Source: a candidate division WOR-3 bacterium
GTDB lineage: Bacteria > Hydrothermota > 32-111
Length of the DNA stretch: 64,000 nucleotides
Direction: 5' to 3'
Assembly (NCBI GenBank): GCA_039804105.1
Contig: JBDRZU010000001.1
Coordinates: forward strand, 992,001-1,056,000
In this document: positions 20,539 through 30,933 of the stretch, piece by piece
Layout of the letters: each line of letters begins with the position of its first letter
Position numbering within the stretch: the stretch's first letter is position 1
Notes under the pieces: model-generated
What the model was told of the DNA's origin: nothing
Database searches by the model: none
The model's input: the letters and a program-made list of their open reading frames with translations, nothing else
Program-made: the position numbers and the translations under genes

Positions 20539-21514
20539 ATTCCTTCTCCCTGAATCTTTTGATATTCTCTTTTACCTTCTCTTCAGAAAAGTTCGCATAA
20601 CAATAAACACAAAGATGCATACATGTGTTATATTCTCCAACATCCTTACTAATAATACAACCACAATCAGCCCTCTGTCCTTTATCCTTCAATTTTTTGT
20701 TTTCAACATAGTCGGAAAAAAGATTTTCATCATACCCCAAAAATTCCATCAACTTTTTGTCATCCTTGAACAATCTAACCATAAATTCATCATCAACACA
20801 TTTATTCTTTTTTATTCCATAAACTGACAGATCAATGTTTTCAGCACATGTTGCAACTTCAAAATTATATTTTCCCCCAATCTCAGAAACATTCTTTGCT
20901 ATTTCAATTTTTTTATCATCATCAAATTCAATATATTTTATATTTTTTTTGCTTAAATTATTTTTTACCTTTGAGTAAATCTGAATATCAGCATAACTGA
21001 AAACAAGTTTTTCAGTATATCCTTTCAATTCTTTAGCAATATTTTCAATTTTTTTAGTCAATTTACCTATACTAAGTTGATCAGTCAGAATCAACGGATC
21101 AAATCTCCATATCACTTTCTCTTTTCCAATTTTTTCAGACAATTTTTTAAATATCTTAACTCTCTCTCTAAGATTTATCACATTTGGCTCAAACCCTTCT
21201 TCTTCATAATCGTTCAAAGTGAACTGAAAATAGTATCCAATGTTTCTTTCATCAAGCAGTTTTAAGTATGGGATTATCGGTTTCGGATTTTTTGTCCAGA
21301 AAACTATAACTCTCGTCTCATCAAAAAAGACATACGACTCTTTGTTGTTGAAAGGGTTCACCCATTTTATATAGCCCTTCTCAAAGCATCTAAAAAACCA
21401 CTCAGAATGAAACGCAGGTATATCGGTTGCTCTACTTGCTGAAATTATCACAGGGCAAACACCTTCCTTTTTTTGTCCATCAATAATCTTTTCAATTTTT
21501 TTCCATTTATACAT
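20525..21514 (-). CDS. DUF1848 family protein (Cys-rich C-terminus, putative Fe-S)
   Basis: IISASRATDIPAFHSEWF, VFWTKNP, WRFDP, CGC...CMHLCVYCYAN. Confidence 0.85.
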   Translation of the reverse strand: MYKWKKIEKIIDGQKKEGVCPVIISASRATDIPAFHSEWFFRCFEKGYIKWVNPFNNKESYVFFDETRVIVFWTKNPKPIIPYLKLLDERNIGYYFQFTLNDYEEEGFEPNVINLRERVKIFKKLSEKIGKEKVIWRFDPLILTDQLSIGKLTKKIENIAKELKGYTEKLVFSYADIQIYSKVKNNLSKKNIKYIEFDDDKKIEIAKNVSEIGGKYNFEVATCAENIDLSVYGIKKNKCVDDEFMVRLFKDDKKLMEFLGYDENLFSDYVENKKLKDKGQRADCGCIISKDVGEYNTCMHLCVYCYANFSEEKVKENIKRFREKEYDKI

Positions 21515-22549
21515 ATAAACTCCAAAAATATCCTTCTTTTGTATTTTTTGTTAGTTCATTACATTTTTCAATCTTACCATTTTTACAAATGTTAAAACCT
21601 GAAGATGTTTCAGCAGCAAGATATTTTGAATTATCAGAAACTTTTTTATTTATCAATTTCAAAGCAATTTCTTTTTCAAGGATTATTTTATAATTTGTTT
21701 TAAAACTATCATAAATCATTGATCCAAACCCAAAATCTCTTATTATTTGAAAATTTATCTGTGTGAAGCAATCTCCATTATTGTTAACGCAATTGTGATG
21801 ATTTAAATTGCATTGAACAGGTAGTAAAGTTGTATAATTTTTATTGTTTCTGTAAAATTTTTTTAATTCCTGATTCATAATTATCGGGAAAAATCTCCCA
21901 TCATTGTTTTTATCGCAAACATCTGTTAAAAATATTACACCATCTTTGTTTAAGTATTTTACCATTTCTTCTGTAAAAATTCTATAATTTTCTTCTTTAT
22001 TTCCTGTTCTGTAAAATTCATTGATCATATTGAAACATAAAATGATATCAAATTTTTCTTTTAGTGATTCCATCAAATTTTTCAATCTGTTAGAAAATTT
22101 TTCTTCTGATGTAAAATCATAAAGTAGATAAGTTGAATTTGTGCTTGTATTATTTTTTATATCAAAATAATATTTATACTTAAAAAAGTATTTTTTCATT
22201 ATAGGGTTTGAATCAATAAGATAAAACTTAAAATTTCATAATTGAATTTGTTATTTATAAATGCTTTAATCATTCCAAAAATTTCAGGTGCTACACCAGA
22301 CCCAATATCGAGTATTTTTAATTCTTTTTTATTTTTAATAATTTCAGTATAGTCAGTATTTTCTATCAAATTATTGAACACAAGATATGAAACAACTTTG
22401 CTTCTCACAAAATATGTTCCAAGATATTCTAAAACTGTCTCCTCATCAGCATTTTTAAAAGTGATTATCCCACCACCCCTTTGTTTGTATTTTCCTCCAA
22501 TTGTCTCAAGAAACCTAAAAACTTCATTACTTATTCTTATGTTTATCAT
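21507..22549 (-). pseudogene. Frameshifted SAM-dependent methyltransferase-like gene (two ORFs)
   Basis: Upstream ORF has ILDIGSG (motif I). The downstream frame is open 12 codons before its ATG (NFKFYLIDSNPI-M), giving a motif-II-like LID, then FDIILC. One-base shift near 22228-22237. Confidence 0.6.
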
Positions 22550-22567
22550 ACCCCTCCCTTTAAATTT

Positions 22568-22756
22568 TTATTTTACCTTCTTAAATATTTTTCTCCAAAA
22601 AAGTCCTGTTCCTGGAATTCCAACACTTATTGATTTTTCTTTACCTGATGTAAATTTTAAACCTCTAACCCCTGACGAAACACTAACACCACCTTTATTG
22701 ATATTCAACCATAAACCCGGTAAAATTTTTATAACTTTTTTAAACCTTATTCCCAA
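22568..22756 (-). CDS. DUF4236 family small protein
   Basis: GIRFKKVIKILPGLWLNINKGGVSVS...GIPGTGL; GGAGG before TTG start. Confidence 0.8.
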   Translation of the reverse strand: MGIRFKKVIKILPGLWLNINKGGVSVSSGVRGLKFTSGKEKSISVGIPGTGLFWRKIFKKVK

Positions 22757-22768
22757 TTTTGCCTCCTT

Positions 22769-22942
22769 TTATGGATTGAAAATTTTATATACTATTCCAA
22801 TAAAAATAAAACCAATTATGATTCCAAATATTCCAAATGACGGATCAAAAACAAAAAGCAAAAATCTACCAATAATTATCATCAAAAAAAGTAATCCAAT
22901 CATAGTCAGAATAAACTTTATAAAGATTTTTAAATTTTCCAT
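22769..22942 (-). CDS. Small two-TM membrane protein
   Basis: GGAGG before ATG 22942; two hydrophobic stretches. Confidence 0.6.
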   Translation of the reverse strand: MENLKIFIKFILTMIGLLFLMIIIGRFLLFVFDPSFGIFGIIIGFIFIGIVYKIFNP

Positions 22943-22998
22943 ATCCCTCCCTTTACACAAATAAAACTGAAATTTATTTTAAAAAACAAAAATATTTT

Positions 22999-23553
22999 TT
23001 AGTAAGGTAAATCTTCTTCATCAACATCATAGAATTCATCAAAATCATAAATAAAATAATTCTTTATTCTTTCTCCAATATCTTTTTTTATTTCATTTTC
23101 AAGTACCTTCAAATTTGTTGAAATATCATTTAGTAGATTTTCAATTTCAATTCTAAATATAGGGAAATATCTAATTTCATAAAGTTCGCCAATCATTATA
23201 TTTTTCTTTCTCATCTCAACTTCAAAAATATCAGCTAATATTGGAAAGAAAGTTTTGTTGCATATTACAGTGTAAATAAAATCCGATTTAATAATTGCTG
23301 GAGCATTTGCAATTTCTTTATTATATAAAATAACCGAAGCAATATCTCTTGGCTCAGATAAAAAATTTGTTAAAACAAATTTTAATATATCTTTGTTTTT
23401 ATCATTGCAAAAAAGATATTCAAACAATTGATCAAGATTCATAATGTTTTTTATATCATAATTTTTACCAAAAAGATAAAATGTGAAATCAGCATATTTC
23501 AAGAGGTAATTGCAGATTGTTTCAACAGTGATCTGTTTTCTTCCGTTTAACAT
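22999..23553 (-). CDS. Hypothetical protein, paralog of 23684-24247
   Basis: AAGGAG RBS; aligns by eye with the neighbouring ORF. Confidence 0.65.
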   Translation of the reverse strand: MLNGRKQITVETICNYLLKYADFTFYLFGKNYDIKNIMNLDQLFEYLFCNDKNKDILKFVLTNFLSEPRDIASVILYNKEIANAPAIIKSDFIYTVICNKTFFPILADIFEVEMRKKNIMIGELYEIRYFPIFRIEIENLLNDISTNLKVLENEIKKDIGERIKNYFIYDFDEFYDVDEEDLPY

Positions 23554-23683
23554 ATTACTCCTTTTTTAAATTTTTTAATATGATAAATCTGACAACAATC
23601 ATTTTAGAAACAATAAAAATTACACATAAAAATACTGGTAAAAAATTTACCATTATCTCTTCCCTCCCTTTTTATTTAATTTT

Positions 23684-24247
23684 CTAAACAAAACAAAATG
23701 GATCTATAAAATCATCGTAAATGAAAGATTTATAAGTACCTTTAATAAAAAAAGATCTATTTTTTAATTCCTCTATAAATATTGTTGTATAAATGTTATA
23801 AATATCTTTAAAATTTTTCTCTATATCTTTCACAGCATTTTTAAAATCTGGTGTTGTATTACCAGTTTTTATTATATCTATTAAAATAGTCTCTTTTATG
23901 TTATAACGATTAAGAATTCTACCGAGTTCAAAAGAACAATGTACCATTTCATTTATCGGCCTTATAAAATAAAGAAACTTTGCAACCTGTTTTAAATTTT
24001 CAGTATCTATTTTACTAAAAAAATAATAAGGAATACCCGTACGAACAATATGAATATGAAAATCTATTAAAAATTTATATACTTCTCTATTTTCTTCATT
24101 GCTAAAAATACTTCTAAGTATTTCATCTGCACTTCTTTCATCATCTGAAAATTTATGATTATATAATTTACAATAGAATTCCATATACTCAATAAGAAAC
24201 TTTATTATCCCATCCATTGTTACTTGATTATTTTTTTTCTTTTCCAT
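23684..24247 (-). CDS. Hypothetical protein, paralog of 22999-23553
   Basis: GGAGG RBS; QVTMDGIIKFLIEYMEF vs QITVETICNYLLKYADF. Confidence 0.65.
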   Translation of the reverse strand: MEKKKNNQVTMDGIIKFLIEYMEFYCKLYNHKFSDDERSADEILRSIFSNEENREVYKFLIDFHIHIVRTGIPYYFFSKIDTENLKQVAKFLYFIRPINEMVHCSFELGRILNRYNIKETILIDIIKTGNTTPDFKNAVKDIEKNFKDIYNIYTTIFIEELKNRSFFIKGTYKSFIYDDFIDPFCFV

Positions 24248-24861
24248 TTACCCTCCTTTTTTGTTATTTTTTCAAAAAACAAAACCTTATGACTTCCAGT
24301 AAAATTGTTCAGATGAATTTGAATTTTGAGGGTTTTTAATATAAATAAACTTAAATTTTTTTGAAAAACAAAAAATTTTTAAAATTTTTTTTATCTCCAG
24401 TTTATTCTAATAACACAACTTCTTTCTGAATTATTTAATAATTTAAAAGCAATTATTTTTCAAGAAAGGTTAGACATCCTGTTTGAAAACTATCATAATT
24501 AAAGATTGAAGAAAAAAATTTAGGGAAATTTGATACATATAAATTTTATAAGTTTCATCTTTAGAAATTTCTTTTTTTAGTTTTTCAAATTCTATATTGC
24601 CATAACAAAATAAATATTTCACCTTTTCAAATAAATCATTGACCTTTTTCCTGCACTATCTCTTTTAATTTACAAAATTTATAAATTTTAGGTGAAATTT
24701 TCATCTATTTATCCACTTAGAAAAATTCTTTTTTCTTTCTAAAACAAAAGAAATTTTACAAAACAAGAAAATGTTTCAAAATTAGGATCTTGATATTAGA
24801 ATTTTTTAAAATTTTTATTTTTTACTATCCTTATAACCTAAGGTTTTAAATACAGTTACAG

Positions 24862-24890
24862 AAAAATGTCAAAAAGTCAAGCACCGTCCC
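24862..24890. repeat. Dispersed 29-bp element, copy 1
   Basis: AAAAATGTCAAAAAGTCAAGCACCGTCCC, identical at 62048-62076 and 63924-63952. Confidence 0.9.
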
Positions 24891-24920
24891 TAAATTAACC
24901 AAATTATAATAATAATAAAA

Positions 24921-26048
24921 TTATTCGTTTCCATATTCTCTATTTAGATAATCTGCTGCCCAATTTAAATTTACACTATTATTATCAGATATTTCGATTC
25001 CAAATCTTCCTCCAAAATCATCTCCTTTTTTATATATTCCAATTAATATTTTCTTATCAGTATCAACTTTGAAATAGATTCCTTTTATTGCTGCCTGTCC
25101 ATAATAGGGCATCGAATAGCAGGTTTTGATCCATTTATTTTTCTTCCAAATCTTATAGACAAAATCTTCAAGACCTTTTGGATAATGATGTTCACTAAAT
25201 GTTGGTTCTTTTCTTTCATCATCATTCAAACTAATTAAATTTGGAGCTTTAGGATACCTAATTCTAAAAGATTCAAGATATATAGTTCCAAGTGTATTTA
25301 ATGAATACAAACGTCCTTCTTTTGTATCGATTGTATCAATAAAGACTTTCAATTTTTCATCCAATACAATTTCATTAATATTATCAATAGTATCTTCTCT
25401 TTCTAAGAGCGACAACAGATCAGCATTTTTCCCTAAAATATCATAGTCCAACGAAATAGGTAATGGGGGAAAATCTATAATCTCATTAAATTTTTCATGT
25501 TTATAAAATACTGGAATATTTAATGTTTGTCCTAAAATTACTGCAACTGCTATTTGTGCCTTATATCCTCCAGTTGCATCTATTGCAATATATTCAGATC
25601 CATATTTTTTAATCATTTTACCAAGTTTCTTAACAAGATTTCTTAAACCTTCTTTTTTAAATTTTTTAGGATCTTTATCTTGAAGCAATTCAATTATTTC
25701 AACTTCAACATTTTTAAGATTTAAATCTTTTCTATTTTCATAGTATAGTTGTAGAAATTTGCCTGTATTTTTGCCATCTTCAGTATCAGAGACAAAAAAT
25801 ACAATATTTTCTAATGTTAACCATCTTTTCTTTCTTATTTCTTCAATTGTATTTATCTCTGCACCACAAAATCTTTCTGAAGGATTTATGGATTGAAATA
25901 GTTCAGATAATTTGTCCCATTGCTTTTTTTCAAAAGAATCTTTAATTTCTTTCCAATATTCTGGTTTATTTTCAAAATTTTCATTTAATTTTTTCAAATT
26001 TCCTTCAAATAAACTTGCTCCAACAGTACACAATAAAGTCGTTTTCAT
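24921..26048 (-). CDS. CARF (APE2256/CARF7-type) effector with wHTH-like linker and C-terminal domain; Cami1-like layout
   Basis: LCTVGAS, GAEINT, SDTEDG, DATGGYKA, YKHEKF. Start 26048 behind AGAGGA; lies just past the array 1 trailer. Confidence 0.8.
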   Translation of the reverse strand: MKTTLLCTVGASLFEGNLKKLNENFENKPEYWKEIKDSFEKKQWDKLSELFQSINPSERFCGAEINTIEEIRKKRWLTLENIVFFVSDTEDGKNTGKFLQLYYENRKDLNLKNVEVEIIELLQDKDPKKFKKEGLRNLVKKLGKMIKKYGSEYIAIDATGGYKAQIAVAVILGQTLNIPVFYKHEKFNEIIDFPPLPISLDYDILGKNADLLSLLEREDTIDNINEIVLDEKLKVFIDTIDTKEGRLYSLNTLGTIYLESFRIRYPKAPNLISLNDDERKEPTFSEHHYPKGLEDFVYKIWKKNKWIKTCYSMPYYGQAAIKGIYFKVDTDKKILIGIYKKGDDFGGRFGIEISDNNSVNLNWAADYLNREYGNE

Positions 26049-26154
26049 ATTTTTTCCTCTTTTAATTTTTTTAATATTAAATTCTATCAATTTTTAAAAA
26101 TATCATCCAACTTTTAGATTATCCAGTTTCAAAAATATTATATAAACACCAATG

Positions 26155-29006
26155 ACCAAAAATGGTGCGATTAAGACCCAGATTAAGAGGCTGTTCCATA
26201 AGATTTCGCCACAGGGCATCTGGTTTCCATACCAAAAATGGTGCGATTAAGACAGATACCATCAAACATCAAATGGAAAGGGAACATTAGCAGTAGTTTC
26301 CATACCAAAAATGGTGCGATTAAGACTAGTGGAAAATAAAGAAGTAGATGTTCAGAAATGACTTATTATGTTTCCATACCAAAAATGGTGCGATTAAGAC
26401 CTTGACAAGAAAGTGAGTTTTAAAACTTTAAATTTCGAAGTGTTTCCATACCAAAAATGGTGCGATTAAGACGTATAGAGTAATTGGCTTAGATAGGAAA
26501 GTATCTTTTATAGTTTCCATACCAAAAATGGTGCGATTAAGACTTAAAATTGAAACTAAAAATTTTACATATTATTACGAAATGTTTCCATACCAAAAAT
26601 GGTGCGATTAAGACGAAAAAATGAAAAAAGAGGTTTTAAAAGAAAAACTTTTTAATGGTTTCCATACCAAAAATGGTGCGATTAAGACTCCAAAAAATGT
26701 ATCAGCATACATATTGCTGTCAGAAATGTTTCCATACCAAAAATGGTGCGATTAAGACGTTACCAGAGAACAAATCATTAACTTTCTTATGCCAGCTCGT
26801 TTCCATACCAAAAATGGTGCGATTAAGACCGAAGTGGGGATTGTATTTTTGACTGCTATTTCTTAACAAGGTTTCCATACCAAAAATGGTGCGATTAAGA
26901 CTGGAAGACATTGACAAATGGACTGTTGCACACGAATTGGCAAGGTTTCCATACCAAAAATGGTGCGATTAAGACAGAAGAAGACATAGAACAAATAGAA
27001 ATGATTGAACAACGTTTCCATACCAAAAATGGTGCGATTAAGACATTATTTTCTTCAAATTCTGATGGTTTTAAATTGAAAAGAGTTTCCATACCAAAAA
27101 TGGTGCGATTAAGACGGAGGTAAAAATGATACTTGACATTTCAAGAAATTGTGATGAGTTTCCATACCAAAAATGGTGCGATTAAGACCATCTTGGTATA
27201 TCTGATGGTAGTGTTGAAGTATGTGGCGAACCGTTTCCATACCAAAAATGGTGCGATTAAGACGGAGAAAGAGCCGAATATTGCATGGCAAAATCTCTTA
27301 ACCAAATAGGTTTCCATACCAAAAATGGTGCGATTAAGACGTGAGGAGGAAAAAATGAGACCAATGCCAAGAAAACTATATTATAGGTTTCCATACCAAA
27401 AATGGTGCGATTAAGACCTTGGAACATATGGTAAAAAGTTGGCAATAACTAGTATAAGTTTCCATACCAAAAATGGTGCGATTAAGACTGGATACGCATA
27501 TCCTCTAGTTGCAGATAATGACATACCAGTTTCCATACCAAAAATGGTGCGATTAAGACGGTATTATCTGCCCCCGTCATTTCTGTCTAATGGTAAAGTT
27601 TCCATACCAAAAATGGTGCGATTAAGACGTACAGTACATGTTGGTCTACATGTGATATACATGTGTAGGTTTCCATACCAAAAATGGTGCGATTAAGACC
27701 AAGAAGCACAGATATTAGTAAACGAGAACGTGCCAGATAAGTTTCCATACCAAAAATGGTGCGATTAAGACCAGTGGAGGAAAAAAGGATGAATAAAATA
27801 GAAAACATTATAAGGTTTCCATACCAAAAATGGTGCGATTAAGACACATAGAAAGGTATATGTTGTATATGTGACAAGATTTTCTGTGTTTCCATACCAA
27901 AAATGGTGCGATTAAGACATAATGTCAATTATGATTTTCCAGAAGCGCCATATGTTGGAAATGTTTCCATACCAAAAATGGTGCGATTAAGACCAAATAA
28001 AAGAAATAGGTTGGATTTTATTCCAGATAAAGTAGTTTCCATACCAAAAATGGTGCGATTAAGACCTATAGAAGCAAAAAATGAAAAGAAAGCAGAAATG
28101 ATAGCAAGTTTCCATACCAAAAATGGTGCGATTAAGACCTGATATAATATACCACATTGAATGGTATTTTTTCTCTTAGTAGTTTCCATACCAAAAATGG
28201 TGCGATTAAGACTCATCAATATATGATTCTGGCATCGAATACTGGGTTCCTGGTTTCCATACCAAAAATGGTGCGATTAAGACTATGGTTTATAAAAATA
28301 AAAAAATGGTTAATAAAGGAGGAAAAGTTTCCATACCAAAAATGGTGCGATTAAGACAATAAAAGAAATAGGTTGGATTTTATTCCAGATAAAGTATAAG
28401 TTTCCATACCAAAAATGGTGCGATTAAGACAGGAAAAGATGAATAAAATAGAAAACATTATAAGAGTTATTAATGGTTTCCATACCAAAAATGGTGCGAT
28501 TAAGACTGTAAAGAAAATAAAATTGGTATAGATATTTTACAAAAAAGTTTCCATACCAAAAATGGTGCGATTAAGACATTGTTTGAAAGAGTATCTCCTA
28601 TTAAACTTACATCATCATGTTTCCATACCAAAAATGGTGCGATTAAGACCAAAAAATTATAAAACCAGAAAAATTACCTGTTATAGCAGTTTCCATACCA
28701 AAAATGGTGCGATTAAGACTTGAAGCAGAACTAGATATATCATTGACAATATCATCAAGTTTCCATACCAAAAATGGTGCGATTAAGACTTTCATTAGAA
28801 TAGAACGTATCCAACATACTATCATTCCGTTTCCATACCAAAAATGGTGCGATTAAGACGACATCCCAGAATACATAAGACCAGCAGTGGATGCTGCTAT
28901 AGGTTTCCATACCAAAAATGGTGCGATTAAGACAAAAACAATGAAAAATTGGCATCATATGCTGCAACTATTATTGTTTCCATACCAAAAATGGTGCGAT
29001 TAAGAC
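26155..29006 (-). CRISPR. CRISPR array 1: 39 perfect repeats + 1 degenerate trailer repeat, 39 spacers of 38-46 nt
   Basis: 31-bp repeat, minus strand GTCTTAATCGCACCATTTTTGGTATGGAAAC (ACCA/TGGT stem, then 8-nt tag ATGGAAAC). Degenerate repeat at left and leader at right indicate minus-strand transcription. Confidence 0.98.
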
Positions 29007-29107
29007 AGGATCATAAATTTAATCTTATTATATACTTATTTTAAAATTTGTCAAGATTTTTCTGTCGATCGGTGGTCGTGCAAAAAACCCGGGGGATCGA
29101 CAGAAAA
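29007..29107 (-). promoter_or_regulatory. CRISPR leader 1 with sigma70 promoter and 13-bp inverted repeat
   Basis: Minus-strand TTGACA (29049-29054)-N16-TATAAT (29027-29032); arms TTTTCTGTCGATC 29058-29070 and GATCGACAGAAAA 29095-29107; 100/101 identical to 46894-46994. Confidence 0.9.
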
Positions 29108-29158
29108 CTAAGTTGCTATAATTAAATTTAATAATATTAAATAAAAATTTAAAAAAAA

Positions 29159-29428
29159 TTATAGAAAATTATCCATTTCTTCGGAAGTTATCCCCACTCC
29201 ATGCAATTCTCTGTAAAGCCATCTTTTGTCTCTCATATAATAAATTATTAAACCATCTTCATTTTGATCACAGTTTTGAGAAAAATAATGTTTTATCTCT
29301 CTGATTTCCGACTCTGTCAATTCACCTTCAAAAACAGATCTCTGAACCCATTTTAAATATTTTTTTAAAAACTTATGAAATTTGTTAACTCTTTTTTCAC
29401 CAACATCATAAACAATAATCACATACAT
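29159..29428 (-). CDS. cas2: Cas2
   Basis: YVIIVYDV, WVQRSVFEGELT. Confidence 0.95.
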   Translation of the reverse strand: MYVIIVYDVGEKRVNKFHKFLKKYLKWVQRSVFEGELTESEIREIKHYFSQNCDQNEDGLIIYYMRDKRWLYRELHGVGITSEEMDNFL

Positions 29429-30418
29429 TTAATATTCCATTTTAAAAGGTGTATATTTTTCAAGTCCAATGATATGTTTTAAAATTTTATAACACTCAGT
29501 CCTGATAAGCATTCTGTATGATATATATTTTTCCATTTTTTTGTAATAAATTGTCTGCCCCAACCTTTTATCATATTCCTTCAAAACAATTCTTTTTCCT
29601 TTGTCGTTAAGAAAACAGATTTCTTGTTCACTTTCAAAATGAGAGTCATCAACCATATTTTTGTTTAAAATGTAAAAAATTATCCTATCAACAACTATCG
29701 GTTTAAAAATATCTGCTATATCAAGTGATAAAGAGTATCTCCGTTCTCCTGGCTCATGCAAAAAACTGATTGTTGGATCAAGTTGAGTTATATAAATTTC
29801 AGAAAGCACAGTCGAATATAAAACAGAATTTAAAAATGAAATCAAAGTGTTAACAATATTATTTGGAGGATTTTTTATTCTTTTTTCAAATTCAAACTCT
29901 TCATTTAGCCATTTTTTCCATGAATCATAATAAATCTTTCTTATGTTTGCTTCTGTTCCCATAATCTCGTTTATACTCTCTTTTGTATCAAGTTTTTCAA
30001 TAAAAAGTTTTATATTTTCGATTTCATTTTTTAAATCAATTTCTCTTCTGTTATAATATTGCATAATACTCAATATGTTTTCAGAACTTCCTTTAACAAT
30101 ATTTTTTGCAAGATATGATCTTTGTTCTATGTTTTTATAATGTTCAATTTGACATAAAAGAGTTTTACCTGAAACAGTTCTATCCATCGGGAAAAAACTT
30201 CCTGTATAATACCCATAATAACTGAAAAAATGTATAGGTATCTGATGACCTGCTAAAAGATTAACAAAATGAGTGTTCAAATCTATACTTCCAAAAAGAT
30301 ATAAGTTTTCAATATTTTCTATTGGAATTGCCTCCTCTTTTCCATCACTTTCAAAATATACAGTATTATCCTTTCTCTTTAATCTTCCATTTGAAATGAT
30401 AAAATAATTTTTGTCCAT
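29429..30418 (-). CDS. cas1: Cas1, type I-B-like
   Basis: GRLKRKDNTVYF, FFSYYGYYTGSF, NTLISFLNS, ISFLHE, LSLDIADIFKP. Start moved to ATG 30418. Confidence 0.95.
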   Translation of the reverse strand: MDKNYFIISNGRLKRKDNTVYFESDGKEEAIPIENIENLYLFGSIDLNTHFVNLLAGHQIPIHFFSYYGYYTGSFFPMDRTVSGKTLLCQIEHYKNIEQRSYLAKNIVKGSSENILSIMQYYNRREIDLKNEIENIKLFIEKLDTKESINEIMGTEANIRKIYYDSWKKWLNEEFEFEKRIKNPPNNIVNTLISFLNSVLYSTVLSEIYITQLDPTISFLHEPGERRYSLSLDIADIFKPIVVDRIIFYILNKNMVDDSHFESEQEICFLNDKGKRIVLKEYDKRLGQTIYYKKMEKYISYRMLIRTECYKILKHIIGLEKYTPFKMEY

Positions 30419-30423
30419 AAAAA

Positions 30424-30915
30424 TCAACTCCTGCATATCATAAGGTAAGAACATTTTTTACATTTATACATCTCTGAAAGTTCGGGTGGATTTTCATCCT
30501 CTTCTACCTTCTTCATTTCATCGGTCAAATTTTTTATTTTTTCTTCATCTCCTTCTTCAAGTTTGACTTCTATAACCTTTTTCTCTTCAGGGAAATTTAA
30601 AACACCTTCGATTTCTTTATTATAGATTTTTTTATAAATCAAAAGATAGAATTTTAATTGAATTTTATGATTTTCTATAAAAGCAGAGGACTTTTTTATC
30701 TCATGAATTTTTCCATCAGGTCCAACAAAATCAATAATATTCTTTCCAAGCAGTATATTTCTTTCCTCTCTTGGATAACTCGTTTTGTCAATCAGTTGAC
30801 CTATTATCAAGTCCTCATTTTTTCCGTCTGGAGAAATCCCTTTTGTAATAAGATAAAACTTCCTCTTACAAAAAAGATAATCTCCAACCAAACTCCCTGT
30901 ATAAAAAAAGTCCAT
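30424..30915 (-). CDS. cas4: Cas4
   Basis: YLFCKRK, IDFV...EIKKS, QLKFYL, CKKCSYLMIC. Confidence 0.93.
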   Translation of the reverse strand: MDFFYTGSLVGDYLFCKRKFYLITKGISPDGKNEDLIIGQLIDKTSYPREERNILLGKNIIDFVGPDGKIHEIKKSSAFIENHKIQLKFYLLIYKKIYNKEIEGVLNFPEEKKVIEVKLEEGDEEKIKNLTDEMKKVEEDENPPELSEMYKCKKCSYLMICRS

Positions 30916-30933
30916 CAGAAATTCAATAACTGA

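Noticed and set aside
24380..24720. Possible decayed gene on the minus strand (RKKVNDLFEKVKYLFC...)
   Set aside because: Short interrupted frames in very AT-rich DNA with no recognisable family.
26655..28967. Many short ORFs with repeating VSIPKMVRLR / LNRTIFGMET peptides
   Set aside because: They are translations of CRISPR repeats.
29058..29107. 13-bp inverted repeat as terminator or MITE
   Set aside because: Same position in both leaders, upstream of the -35 box; best explained as a leader motif for adaptation.
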